NCBI GenBank assembly: GCA_965216635.1 | Contig: OZ244188.1 | Span: 2,048,001-2,112,000, forward strand | DNA: 64,000 nucleotides | Source: a bacterium | GTDB lineage: Bacteria > SAR324 > XYD2-FULL-50-16 > G965216635 | Direction of reading: 5' to 3' | Shown here: positions 31,401-38,813 of the stretch, piece after piece | Numbering within the stretch: position 1 is the first letter of the stretch | Layout of the letters: every line of letters begins with the position of its first letter | Program-made: the position numbers and the translations under genes | The notes under the pieces: model-generated | The model's input: only the letters and a program-made list of their open reading frames with translations | Database searches by the model: none | Told to the model about the DNA's origin: nothing

Positions 31401-33003
31401 TTAAAGTATTTGCTGAAACAGTTCCAGTGTTGGTAACATCATTAGCAAAGTCTGTTACTTCAATCGTCACAGTATCAGCGTTAATCGTTGCTGAATCTTG
31501 ATTGAAAAAATTACTTTCCACTGTAACATTAAAGCTATTAGCATTAATCGTTGCGGAACCATAATTGGTAAAGTTATTTGCTGTTGTAACAGCAAAGCTA
31601 TTAGCATTAATCGTTGCTGAAATATTGAAAAAATTAGTTTTAGCCGTAATATTAAAACTACCCGCATTAATCGCTGCTGAGTCTCTATTGACAAATTGCT
31701 TTACGGCAACATCAAAACTATTTGTGTTAATCGTTGCTGAATCTTGATTAAAAAAATTACTTTTCGCTGTAACATTAAAGCTACCTGCGGTAATCGTTGC
31801 GTAGTTACGAAAATTATCTCCTATTGAAAAAATCGCATCACTAAAAACGTCAAGGTTGCCATCAATAGAAGCACTTCCTTGAGTAAGCAGACTAAAGTTG
31901 CCATCTGCGGTAATATCTCCTAATGTTGCTCTCTGAGATGTTATAGTGAAGTTTGTCGCTCTTAAACTCGCACTATTTTCAAAATTCCCATCTGTGCTTG
32001 CAGTAAAATCTCCATAGGCTAGGATTGAATTTAAAGAAATGCCACTAGCCTCTATATTGATACTACCACCAGCTTGTAAATAGGAATTTGTTGTTGTAGT
32101 AATTCCAGCTTGGCTTTTTAAGGTTATATTTTGAGTGCTAGTAATTTCATTCAACACCATTTTTCCAGCAGAATCTATTTCTACGCCACTTAAAGAAGCA
32201 ACCACTCTGCCTTGGCTATTAACTCCCAGTCCTTTTTCTGTTCCTATAACGATAATAGAGCCAGCTTGCATGTTGGCTAAAGCAGAAATATCTACCGCAA
32301 ATTCTCCATTTTGTGCTACTCCTGTAGTAGAGTTGAGGGTGAAATTATTAGAATCGTAAGTATTGTTACCACTTAAAATGCGGATCTTTTCTTTAGCTGT
32401 GATTTGGGCTTGGATGCTGTGATACCTAGAAACAAGGTTTAGATAATCTACTTCAGAGCCATTAAAACCATCACCGCTAATGGTGATCTTGTTGTCGTTG
32501 TTAATATTGAAAGTAGGATTTCCAGAGGAGATGCTATCATCGTTTACTGTTCCTGTGACTAAACTGACTTGACTAGCATTGATAAACCCACAACCAGAAC
32601 AGCTAATTCCATTAGGATTAGCTATAATCACACCAGCGTTACTACCAAAAACCTCCCCAAAGCCTTCCAAAGAACTACTATTGCTACTAGTGACTTGGTT
32701 TAAGATAAGACGAGCAGAATCCCCTATGGTATAATTGGAATTACCCAAAATAATACCAGCCAACCTAGATCTGCCTTCAGAAGTGCTATTATTAAAAACA
32801 ACACCTTCACTTGAAATATTAAAATCAGTATAGGTATTCTTAGAAATCCCATTAGGATTTGGTTTAGCTATATTAATAACATTTATCCCATTACGAGCTT
32901 GGAAGACAGAAGCGTTGTCCTTTCTGATATCTGTAGTTACTTGAGCTAAAGGAATAGTTATACTCAAGAAAAATAACAAAAAAATAAGGAGTATTTTTTT
33001 CAT
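22405..33003 (-). CDS. Filamentous-haemagglutinin/CdiA-like TpsA exoprotein (~3530 aa) with two TPS domains, VENN motif and unknown C-terminal domain
   Basis: Signal peptide from ATG 33003; ANPNGISCSGCGFINA present twice; beta-helix repeats; AKNAVENN at 23251..23262. Confidence 0.9.
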   Translation of the reverse strand: MKKILLIFLLFFLSITIPLAQVTTDIRKDNASVFQARNGINVINIAKPNPNGISKNTYTDFNISSEGVVFNNSTSEGRSRLAGIILGNSNYTIGDSARLILNQVTSSNSSSLEGFGEVFGSNAGVIIANPNGISCSGCGFINASQVSLVTGTVNDDSISSGNPTFNINNDNKITISGDGFNGSEVDYLNLVSRYHSIQAQITAKEKIRILSGNNTYDSNNFTLNSTTGVAQNGEFAVDISALANMQAGSIIVIGTEKGLGVNSQGRVVASLSGVEIDSAGKMVLNEITSTQNITLKSQAGITTTTNSYLQAGGSINIEASGISLNSILAYGDFTASTDGNFENSASLRATNFTITSQRATLGDITADGNFSLLTQGSASIDGNLDVFSDAIFSIGDNFRNYATITAGSFNVTAKSNFFNQDSATINTNSFDVAVKQFVNRDSAAINAGSFNITAKTNFFNISATINANSFAVTTANNFTNYGSATINANSFNVTVESNFFNQDSATINADTVTIEVTDFANDVTNTGTVSANTLNFILTNDFTRSSTSFNGFTFNNLDVSTDGYFNNEADLTINSFDVTAGGYFYNESATINAGSFDVAAENFWNGNLATINADSLNIVARDNFNNYNLSTISVDSLKVTAGTSFGNNNGTITADSFAVTARTYFENGATINAGSFDVTAGTYFYNSGNVTKINADTFNVTVGDNFYNTNSTINADSFNVVVENDFHNGVGSVYSGMINAGSFNVVAGDDFNNINSSTIIADSVTIEVTDFADIYNTATISTDNLNLILTNSFTHTTTSFNGFTFNNLGITTDGSFFNYADLTVNSFNVTVGGGFYNHYETISADSFNVTTGFLFRSYATINAGSFNLTVGGFFSNESSATINADSFNVTTENNFSNRATINTNNFDITARDFNNFGTITADNFDITVRRDFNNYEYGTINAGSFNVVAGADFHNGSNLYSEAIINADSFNVTVGGGFYNGYDSNRSTYSTINASSFNVTADDFYNIKNATINAGSFNVTTSGDFYNRDNATISAGSFNVTTSGDFYNRDDATISAGSFNVTTSGDFYNRDDATISAGSFSVLAGGSFSNNNATISANNLNVSADYFNNGSIDVVSTSKRYCSQPVFFSCFNHFYYDQIDVSYNGGNITAYNLNIKANHFENISDIVGYKTYQNLPQCLPVFSPGFLYSDCINNIIIRNSEIQANNFNLTVTNSLYIRYGDIRANNFNILTNNFYNYSDSEISVRDLSIAVEDTFSNIGDIQAGNLDLAVDKFSNSGNITTNTTNFFAHTIVDDSGNRSTGNIFNQVITISTPDVPIFNNLNSGLSSNSSVSTEDDSSSANNITNSSIPTEDPNSSNTTPDSSIPTEDPNSSNTTSNLYYSYQPPEFSPRGTFDVQPLTETTSYTLEVRPEYYNFADTTPTGNTNTLIDTPLGRDINVINIAKPDANGLSNNTYEIFNIPNQGIIFNNSDIYGTSKLAGDLFKNPNYSDGDLATLILNQITSNNRSFLNGYGEIFGAQAGLIIANPNGITCSGCGFINANRVDLITGTSNFNSNTALTEFSINNADITINENYFLTDNEIIKRSGLDGIETDNLNLVSRYHNIQAGSITGKNLLILSGNNKYDYINSILDSTTATTSLKEFAINISSLTKLQADSISLRSTESGLGINSQGNLISSSGEIEIDAAGKLLLHNITSNQNINIKSNAALTTNANSKWKANGDINIEAEDIVLNSAMSIGDFIASSDNNFTNTANLRAKNFIIKAYTTTLGDITADGNFIVFSPSGSITDRSDITVAGNLVVSGDTYIQSGYNFTNTGNINSNALTIIAAKNFHNTGSITTNNSDITAFNNFYNEDNGNINAEFLNITTNKDFYNQNKASINAEGLSILAEEVFYNQNESNITADDFSLKASDFQNDSNSNIAGDYIDLIIDNDFYNTENNRANIKANSLNIFTTGSFYNQFSDSFQVNNLNIIAASDIASSNFYNGENITLSANNLSITADNFENKGAINIGNDLNLSIVNNTTNDREILTGNNLTIKTTDFANTDLLVAFATIDIQTKTNFSNQKGTIYSFGNMYLIGGVSADGSYLKSNSFRNEGGWIESSGDLEIHSNSIENNRINPISYIKTSGTDSDDIVWRNTVETENIEGSIGRIYSGGNMKLIASGNIINYLSYIRSNNSLHIEGNSFKNDPKKLIQIYYKGAYTITNRTRRCYELGFTLFCDPYVTTETYYPSTSTTSYTGYKIISIVSVGGTISGNLENKFSNGEVTTADVPDEDPNSNIHGTKYEYANNYDYKANTPTNPLTVAQTPLFTIAPPSATRKYAIESRFDIAKIQNLYGADYFFMQLGIELDDGQQALGDSFYDNKKIQEDITRLAADALIGEADMPFSEKMKLLLDNAISLAEALQLAPGVALTPDQLDRLTKNIVWYVEEEITINGVTRKYLVPRVYLSKLVSAKIDAADGSIISGRTVNIVVQGNMTATINAEESKEIANYLKDNQQAQIDLDIANLIKDEPVSAIHLSINDTRLENNLTTEQRKEYDAIVDKKLVDARAKFEGALNNKIAQMRKEGKSESEIKRVKETDFDEQSYTNLIKKAYFSILGNRERVVNSGTIRSVDGTTIQAGNVSNTGTLQSDNALNLIASNNINSSGSLQAGNGGIYLNAQGSINVESLYKETEDGENIDGVIYQNASVRTTGNFTAIAGQDINIVAADVNAGEDIYLIAEGNISAESIGVINKEQRSDGFTKTTTHAFSNINAGGNLITRSGGNTVIQGANLEAQGDVDIHADGGLYVVPVYNTTEGERNTRGRGGDGIFKSAKGNDIKTTWYNATAVSSSIKSGGSLSLSGNTEVLLKAAELKAGKDGKNDLYLTSKEGAIRFETAEESNYYSRTEKGRGSLWQKDKGDGHNNSTQKDNNIQGNLKIKAAKGVKLDYVKQKTTKKRCVVFKGCRNIDTYETDEEAKARLQKEGGWQSQVLAQAGDSVEFTGKTNSYQSLDYNNSGLTEEAALAVTLVVAGATGGVGGAIIGAGLSSLATVAAVSLINEVGRGNNLEGALTETSHNTFTEENLRNAAVASVTAAAVSGIDALAGVEKTPTATDYGAFGNEYVQKLAHTTVGTAVQSLAAGETLKEFGYRLEADYKAAVIDTVAEKGANFIGENLAADSKAGGIGSAAYLGHKAAHAGLGCAVGIWKAGDCKSGAFGGVAGEIVGEAVGNNTDLSDAQVSTISQIATIFPAGANGLDINVAQQSAKNAVENNFLYTDPERNLEKAKELCFENNMKEACDAVAVLEKNNLKHKEREEKEQRSINRTTKDILESVDEYDRLILSDFSDALDKKKGFPTHGKDFHNTTKNTEEIFKLQTDIIMDYFTKGGMTTSKITLKLLESIITTESLPESLEDIIPYSQIFRLYNEHNPKIPNSIEGVFIMPTIKAMRTFEKLFDNDSFRIRRHESVNYENFMNYTNPDDIFFPNKSKSSTDFTKFLKKNIDYRKLTKDILDALPNPNDPPEGGWRNPFAPSSNVQSPPSYHERDFSGKPLLK

Positions 33004-34113
33004 CGTTCTTATTTTTATATTTACAGCCTCTCCCAATAGTTTGGGAATAAAACTTTTAGCTTAAACTAGGATAATCATAAAATATTGTCAACCCTTTTTT
33101 TTCAAAAAATGTTTTTTTAACTAAAAAAGATAGGCTTTTAAAACAAAAAAAAATAAGGAATGTTTTTTTCATCGTTCTTATTTTTATATTTACAGCCTCT
33201 CCCAATAGTTTGAGAATAAAACTTTTAGCTTAAATTAGGATAATCATAAAATATTGTCAACCCTTTTTTTTCAAAAAATGTTTTTTTAACTAAAAAAGAT
33301 AGGCTTTTAAAACAAAAAAAAATAAGGAGTATTTTTTTCATCGTTCTTATTTTTATATTTACAGCCTCTCCCAATAGTTTGGGAATAAAACTTTTAGCTT
33401 AAACTAGGATAATCATAAAATATTGTCAACCCTTTTTTTTCAAAAAATGTTTTTTTAACTAAAAAAGATAGGCTTTTAAAACAAAAAAAAATAAGGAATG
33501 TTTTTTTCATCGTTCTTATTTTTATATTTACAGCCTCTCCCAATAGTTTGGGAATAAAACTTTTAGCTTAAACTAGGATAATCATAAAATATTGTCAACC
33601 CTTTTTTTTCAAAAAATGTTTTTTTAACTAAAAAAGATAGGCTTTAAAAACAAAAAAAAATAAGGAATGTTTTTTCTATCGTTCTTATTTTTATATTTAC
33701 AGCCTCTCCCAATAGTTTGAAAATAAAACTTTTAGCTTAAACTAGGATAATCATAAAATATTGTCAACCCTTTTTTTTCAAAAAATGTTTTTTTAACTAA
33801 AAAAGAGAATTACGTTCTTATTTTTATATTTACAGCCTCTCCCAATAGTTTGGGAATAAAACTTTTAGCTTAAACTAGGATAATCATAAAATATTGTCAA
33901 CCCTTTTTTTTCAAAAAATGTTTTTTTAACTAAAAAAGATAGGCTTTAAAAACAAAAAAAAATAAGGAATGTTTTTTCTATCGTTCTTATTTTTATATTT
34001 ACAGCCTCTCCCAATAGTTTGAAAATAAAACTTTTAGCTTAAACTAGGATAATCATAAAATATTGTCAACCCTTTTTTTTCAAAAAATGTTTTTTTAACT
34101 AAAAAAGAGAATT
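33001..34113. repeat. Seven-copy tandem array of a ~169-bp unit containing the tpsA promoter and start region
   Basis: Units start at ~33001, 33170, 33339, 33508, 33677, 33813 and 33980; each has TTGACA-N17-TAGTTT (or TAATTT) on the minus strand. Confidence 0.95.
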
Positions 34114-34193
34114 ACATACTTAAAAGCTCATAATTAGTATACTAGTCTTCAATAGTAAAATCCCCAATATAAATAAGCAGAATTTATTGATAA

Positions 34194-34209
34194 TGTTCCA
34201 CATAGAACA
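34194..34209. promoter_or_regulatory. parS-like site within a 36-bp palindrome (34184..34219)
   Basis: TGTTCCACATAGAACA resembles the parS consensus TGTTNCACGTGAAACA. Confidence 0.65.
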
Positions 34210-34449
34210 TTATCAATAATTGGAACCTTTAAAAATGAGATTTATTGAAAACAAGATAGCAGTTTAGCAAGAGATTTATTTTTTAAAACGCATTTTGCAA
34301 AGATTTGTAGGTTTAGATATTTCTTTTGGGTGAAAAATTTTCGCGCCTTGCTTACATTGGAGAAACCACCGTCAAGGACTGTGTCTAATGCCTAATTTAA
34401 TAGCCTCTAATATACAAAACAAAAAATAAATTTTTTTTATTTAAAAATC

Positions 34450-35728
34450 TCATTCTATTTCTAAAATTTTTATCAAATTAGTCGCCCCTATTTTTCCGTA
34501 AATTTCGCCTTTAGTTAAAACAATTCTATCTCGCTTATAGATTATTTTCGCTTCTTTTAAAAGTTTTATTATAACAGCGTCTATATTTCCTTCTTTTTCT
34601 CCTGTAAATAAAATCGGATAAACTCCTCTAAAAAGAACTACCCGATTGAGCGTTTTTTGGTATAGTGACATAGCAAAAATAGGGATAGATGAACTAATCC
34701 TAGAAATAATTTTTGGAGTATTCTCCGCTTCAGTAAAAGAAGCGATCGCTTTTACTTTAAGGTGACTGGCGACATACATAGCAGAAAGAGCCATAGTTTC
34801 TTCTATAGAGACTGTTGAACTTTAGCATTATAGGAAAGCTAGACAAGGCGCGAAAATTTTTTACCCAAGAGGAATACTGAAGTATTTTGAGTGATAAAAA
34901 ATTCGAGCAACGCAGTATAGCTGAACTAGGATGTCTAATTCAATAGTCTCCTATAGATTTACTGCTTATATTTACATAGTGTTCTGCTTTACTAATGGCT
35001 GGAGATTTTTCTGCTTCTAGGCAAATGGCAGACATAGCCTTTACAATTTTTGTTGGATACTCACCCACAGCCGTTTCTGCAGAAAGCATAACTGCATCTG
35101 TACCATCTAAAACTGCATTAGAAACATCAAAAACCTCAGCTCTTGTGGGCATTGGATTTTGAATCATACTTTCCATCATTTGAGTTGCAGTAATTACAGC
35201 GGTATTTTTTTACGAGCTAATTTGATAAGTCTTTTTTGTTGTGTGGGTAAAGCGGCATCTCCTATTTCCACTCCTAAATCTCCACGGGCTACCATAATCG
35301 TATCAGAGGTTTGAATGATTTTTTCAATAATACTATCGGGCAAAGCTTCTGTTCTTTCTATTTTTGCAACTATACCAGCATTTCCTCCCTCTTTTTTTAA
35401 GAGCTTTCTAACCTCATCTATATCGTCCATACTACAAGCGAAAGATAGAGCTAAATAATCTGCTTGTGCTTTTACTGCTGTTTTTAGATCTATTTTATCT
35501 TTAGTAGTTAATGCTTTTGCTGATAACCCCCATCTTGTAAATTGATGCCTTTGCTCTCTTTTAGAATCCCTACTTGAAGCACAACTGTATGTACTTTCCC
35601 GTCTTTTATTTTTTCTACTCTTAAAACAATCCTGCCATCATCTAAAAGATGAGTTGTTCCAATACTTTAGGCTGTTCTGTGGCAGGACCCAGAGTGGCAA
35701 TAATTTTAGTTCGTCTTTGAGGTTTCAT
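34450..35728 (-). pseudogene. pyk: Pyruvate kinase pseudogene (internal deletion, frameshifts, MITE insertion)
   Basis: RRTKIIATLGPA start, [34 protein letters not shown] across several frames. Confidence 0.92.
34808..34951. mobile_element. Palindromic MITE inserted in pyk with TATA target duplication
   Basis: IRs GAGACTGTTGAA/TTCAATAGTCTC; TATA at 34804..34807 and 34952..34955; excision restores K-S-I-E-E-T-M. Confidence 0.9.
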
Positions 35729-35742
35729 TTTTAATTGAGGCG

Positions 35743-35758
35743 TGTTCCATGTGGAACA
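35743..35758. promoter_or_regulatory. parS-like site
   Basis: TGTTCCATGTGGAACA. Confidence 0.75.
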
Positions 35759-35886
35759 TTAAAATTGAGGATAACTCGCCTGTGGCTTGTTGTTAATCTA
35801 AAAAGAATTTTTTTTTAGCTCGCTGCATAGGCTAAACAGCTAGTTTTGTCCTATTTGGCAAATTTAAAAGTCTATGATATTAATAT

Positions 35887-35902
35887 TGTTTCTCGTGGAA
35901 CA
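35887..35902. promoter_or_regulatory. parS-like site
   Basis: TGTTTCTCGTGGAACA. Confidence 0.7.
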
Positions 35903-35929
35903 TTGAACAGGAGAAACATCTTAAAAATC

Positions 35930-37279
35930 CTAAAAGGAAAGATTGGCTTTCCCTCCGAACATCTGTTGCATTTGCTGCATTGCTTGCTTTTTTCCACCGC
36001 CAGACATTTGTTTCATCATTTTTTTCATAGCTTCAAATTGTTTTAGCATTTGATTAATATCGGATACTTCTGTGCCGCTTCCTCTGGAGATTCTTTTTCT
36101 GCAAGAGCCGTTGATAAGGTGATGGTCTAATTTTTCTCTTATAGTCATTGAAGAAAGAATGGCTGTGAATTTTTTCATAGGTTTATCATCTATTTGCTGT
36201 CCTGTAGGCATTTTAAAGCCCGGCATCATACTCAATAGACTTTTTAGTGAACCCATTTTTTGTAGTTGTTCTAGTTGTTTTTGAAAATCCAAAAGGGTGA
36301 ATTTGTTTTTTTTTATTCTTTGCTCTAACCCCGACAAATCTTGCCCCTCAAATTGCTTGTTTGCTTTTTCTACAAGAGTTAAAACATCGCCCATACCAAG
36401 AACATTGGAGGCTACCCTGTCGGGGTGAAAATCTTCTAAATCTTCTACCTTCTCTCCACTACCCACATACATAATAGGTTTTTCGGTGATGGCTCGGATA
36501 GAAACCGCAGCTCCGCCGCGGGCGTCTCCATCCATTTTGCTTAAAAAAAAGCCGCTTAGTTCTAGTTTTTCATTAAAAGTTCGTGCTATATTTAAGGCTT
36601 CTTGTCCTGTCATAGCATCTACTACTAAAAGAATAGTTTGAAAGGGTGCTGTTTTTTTGATTTCTTCTAATTCTTGCATTAGTTTCTCGTCCACTTGTAG
36701 TCTTCCCGCTGTATCTACAATCATAACACCATACTTCTCTTTTTTTGCTTGGGATTGTGCTGCCTTCACTATTTCTTTCACTGGAGTTTTGGGTGAAGAA
36801 TCATAACAATCTACCGCTATGGTTGCAGCAAGAATTTTTAGTTGATCTATGGCTGCCGGACGGTAGATATCCGCTGGCACAAGCAAAACTTTCCGCCCCT
36901 TTTTTTTTAGATAAAGGGCTAATTTTGCTGCGCTCGTCGTTTTTCCACTACCCTGCAACCCGACGAGCATAATATTACAAATACCTGTTTGATTTAAGTC
37001 TATTTGTTGGTTTTTTTCTCCTAGTAAAAGAGTCAATTCGTGATGTATTACTTTAATAAGTTGTTGTCCCGCAGAAAGATTGCCAATAACTTCTGTTCCT
37101 TTAGCTTTTTCTTTTATTTTCTTTAAAAAAGAATTGACTACTCTGAAATTTACATCCGCTTCCAAAAGAGCTATTTTTACTTCTTGAAGAGCAGAAACAA
37201 TATTTTCTTCATTTAGAAAACCTTTGTTGCTGATTTTATTAGAAATTTCTTGTAGTTTGGTACTGAGTTCTTCAAACAT
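35930..37279 (-). CDS. ffh: Signal recognition particle protein
   Basis: GLQGSGKTT, DTAGRL, KMDGDARGGAA motifs and Met-rich M domain. Confidence 0.97.
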   Translation of the reverse strand: MFEELSTKLQEISNKISNKGFLNEENIVSALQEVKIALLEADVNFRVVNSFLKKIKEKAKGTEVIGNLSAGQQLIKVIHHELTLLLGEKNQQIDLNQTGICNIMLVGLQGSGKTTSAAKLALYLKKKGRKVLLVPADIYRPAAIDQLKILAATIAVDCYDSSPKTPVKEIVKAAQSQAKKEKYGVMIVDTAGRLQVDEKLMQELEEIKKTAPFQTILLVVDAMTGQEALNIARTFNEKLELSGFFLSKMDGDARGGAAVSIRAITEKPIMYVGSGEKVEDLEDFHPDRVASNVLGMGDVLTLVEKANKQFEGQDLSGLEQRIKKNKFTLLDFQKQLEQLQKMGSLKSLLSMMPGFKMPTGQQIDDKPMKKFTAILSSMTIREKLDHHLINGSCRKRISRGSGTEVSDINQMLKQFEAMKKMMKQMSGGGKKQAMQQMQQMFGGKANLSF

Positions 37280-37289
37280 AAAAAGATTT

Positions 37290-37486
37290 GAGACCTTTGA
37301 ATTAGCTTACCAAAGTTTAGCCAAAGCAATTGTTTTAAAAAAAATTTAACTCTTGCCATTTGTGAAGAAATGCTCTCCAGTATTGCTGCGAGCTAAATTT
37401 TTTTTTTGCACTTTTCTAACCATTTGGCTAACCATTTGGCTAGCCACACAGAAGTGTGGTAAGCATAACACTAATTCAAAGATCTC
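37290..37486. mobile_element. Palindromic MITE copy
   Basis: IRs GAGACCTTTGAATTAG/CTAATTCAAAGATCTC. Confidence 0.75.
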
Positions 37487-37534
37487 AATTTTTTTGTATA
37501 ATTGTGATCTAAAAACATTTACAGAATATAAAAT

Positions 37535-38116
37535 ATGTTATCCTTAAAACAAAACCTTGTCAAATATCAAAAATTTACCTATTTTCTTACTGGATTTTTC
37601 CTTTGTATTTGGATTAGCAGCTGCGGGTTTCATCTTGCAGGGAAAAAATCTTGGTTAAGCCAAGCAAAAAGTTTGCGTCTAGAAAAAATAGAAAACGTTT
37701 CAAAAAGGCTGGGATTGAATTTTGAGCTTAGAAAAGCATTGGAATTTAAGATTCTCAAACACCCTGAATTAAACTATACAAAAAATCTTGCCGATCTGAA
37801 TTTAAGTATAAAAATCACGCGGGCTGATTTTTCAAGTCAAGTTCATTTTAATAATAGTAGCAATAATAAAATTGCCGATAACGATTACTATCTGCATTTA
37901 CAAAGGTTAGAAGCTAGACTTGTACTTAAAGATTTAAGAAACCTCTCTCCCGCTCAAAGAGAATGGAGCCTTTCAAACGAGATTTCCCTAGAAAGCGAAA
38001 AACCTGATTTGGACAATTACCAGAAAACACAACTACAAACCAAAAACATCGCCGAACTGGCAGAAAAAATCTTTGATTTTTTAACTAGCCCTGATGTTCC
38101 ACGTAGAACAAAATGA
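37535..38116 (+). CDS. LptE-like lipoprotein
   Basis: SS-CGFHL lipobox motif, size and C-terminal helix typical of LptE. Confidence 0.6.
   Translation: MLSLKQNLVKYQKFTYFLTGFFLCIWISSCGFHLAGKKSWLSQAKSLRLEKIENVSKRLGLNFELRKALEFKILKHPELNYTKNLADLNLSIKITRADFSSQVHFNNSSNNKIADNDYYLHLQRLEARLVLKDLRNLSPAQREWSLSNEISLESEKPDLDNYQKTQLQTKNIAELAEKIFDFLTSPDVPRRTK
38095..38110. promoter_or_regulatory. parS-like site within the 3' end of the lptE-like gene
   Basis: TGTTCCACGTAGAACA. Confidence 0.7.
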
Positions 38117-38712
38117 ACTCTCTCTTTTTTGTTTCCAGCAATCCAGGTAAATTACAAGAATATCAAAAATTACTACTCCCTTTTGATGTGCGCTCTTTAA
38201 ATTTTTCTTTGAGCGAGCTTCAAATAGAAAACTTAAAACAACTTTGCGAATACAAACTAGCAGAAGCGGCAGAAAAAATAGAGGCAGAAAAAACCTGTGC
38301 ACAGCCCCAAACCAACCTATTTATTGAAGATACTGCTCTTTATTTTCAAGAATGGAAATCTTTTCCTGGGGTTTTTATCAAATGGATGCTACAATCCTTA
38401 GGGCCCGAAGGAATCTATCGCAGTTTGCGAGCATTCAGAAAAACAGCTTACGCTGAATGCTGTATTGCTTTTTATGAACCGATTTCGCAAAAAAAATATT
38501 ATTTTCAAGGACGATTAGCAGGAACGATTGTCTCACCTAGAGGCAAAACAAATTTTGGTTGGGACTCTATTTTTGTGCCTCAAGGACATCAAAAAACTTT
38601 TGCAGAAATGGGTGGTGAAGAAAAAAACAGCATCAGCCACCGATATCTGGCAGCACAAAAATTTCTTGCTTTTTTAAAAGAAAAATCTAGCCAGGAGGCT
38701 GTAATATTATAA
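38113..38712 (+). CDS. Non-canonical purine NTP pyrophosphatase (Ham1/ITPase family)
   Basis: SSNPGK, IEDTAL, FGWD and KNSISHR motifs. Confidence 0.92.
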   Translation: MNSLFFVSSNPGKLQEYQKLLLPFDVRSLNFSLSELQIENLKQLCEYKLAEAAEKIEAEKTCAQPQTNLFIEDTALYFQEWKSFPGVFIKWMLQSLGPEGIYRSLRAFRKTAYAECCIAFYEPISQKKYYFQGRLAGTIVSPRGKTNFGWDSIFVPQGHQKTFAEMGGEEKNSISHRYLAAQKFLAFLKEKSSQEAVIL

Positions 38713-38724
38713 ATGGAGATTTGT

Positions 38725-38813
38725 TGAGATCTTTGAATTAGTGTTATGCTTACTCCACCATTGGGCTAGCCGTCACAGCTGGTTTTGTCCTATTTGGCAA
38801 ATTCAAAGCTCTA
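38725..38813. mobile_element. Palindromic MITE copy
   Basis: GAGATCTTTGAATT ... AATTCAAAGCTCTA ends with shared internal module. Confidence 0.75.

Noticed and set aside
33004..33036. ORF-track TTG start of tpsA at 33036
   Set aside because: ATG at 33003 gives a canonical signal peptide (MKKILLIFLL); the extension lies in the repeated leader.
33001..34113. CRISPR array interpretation of the 169-bp, 132-bp and 16-bp tandem repeats
   Set aside because: Units are head-to-tail with no unique spacers, and no cas genes are in the window.
37353..37547. Small ORFs 37353..37547, 40591..40776, 57365..57553, 12094..12276 and 35846..36046, some mutually similar
   Set aside because: They are wholly or partly translations of MITE sequence, not a protein family.
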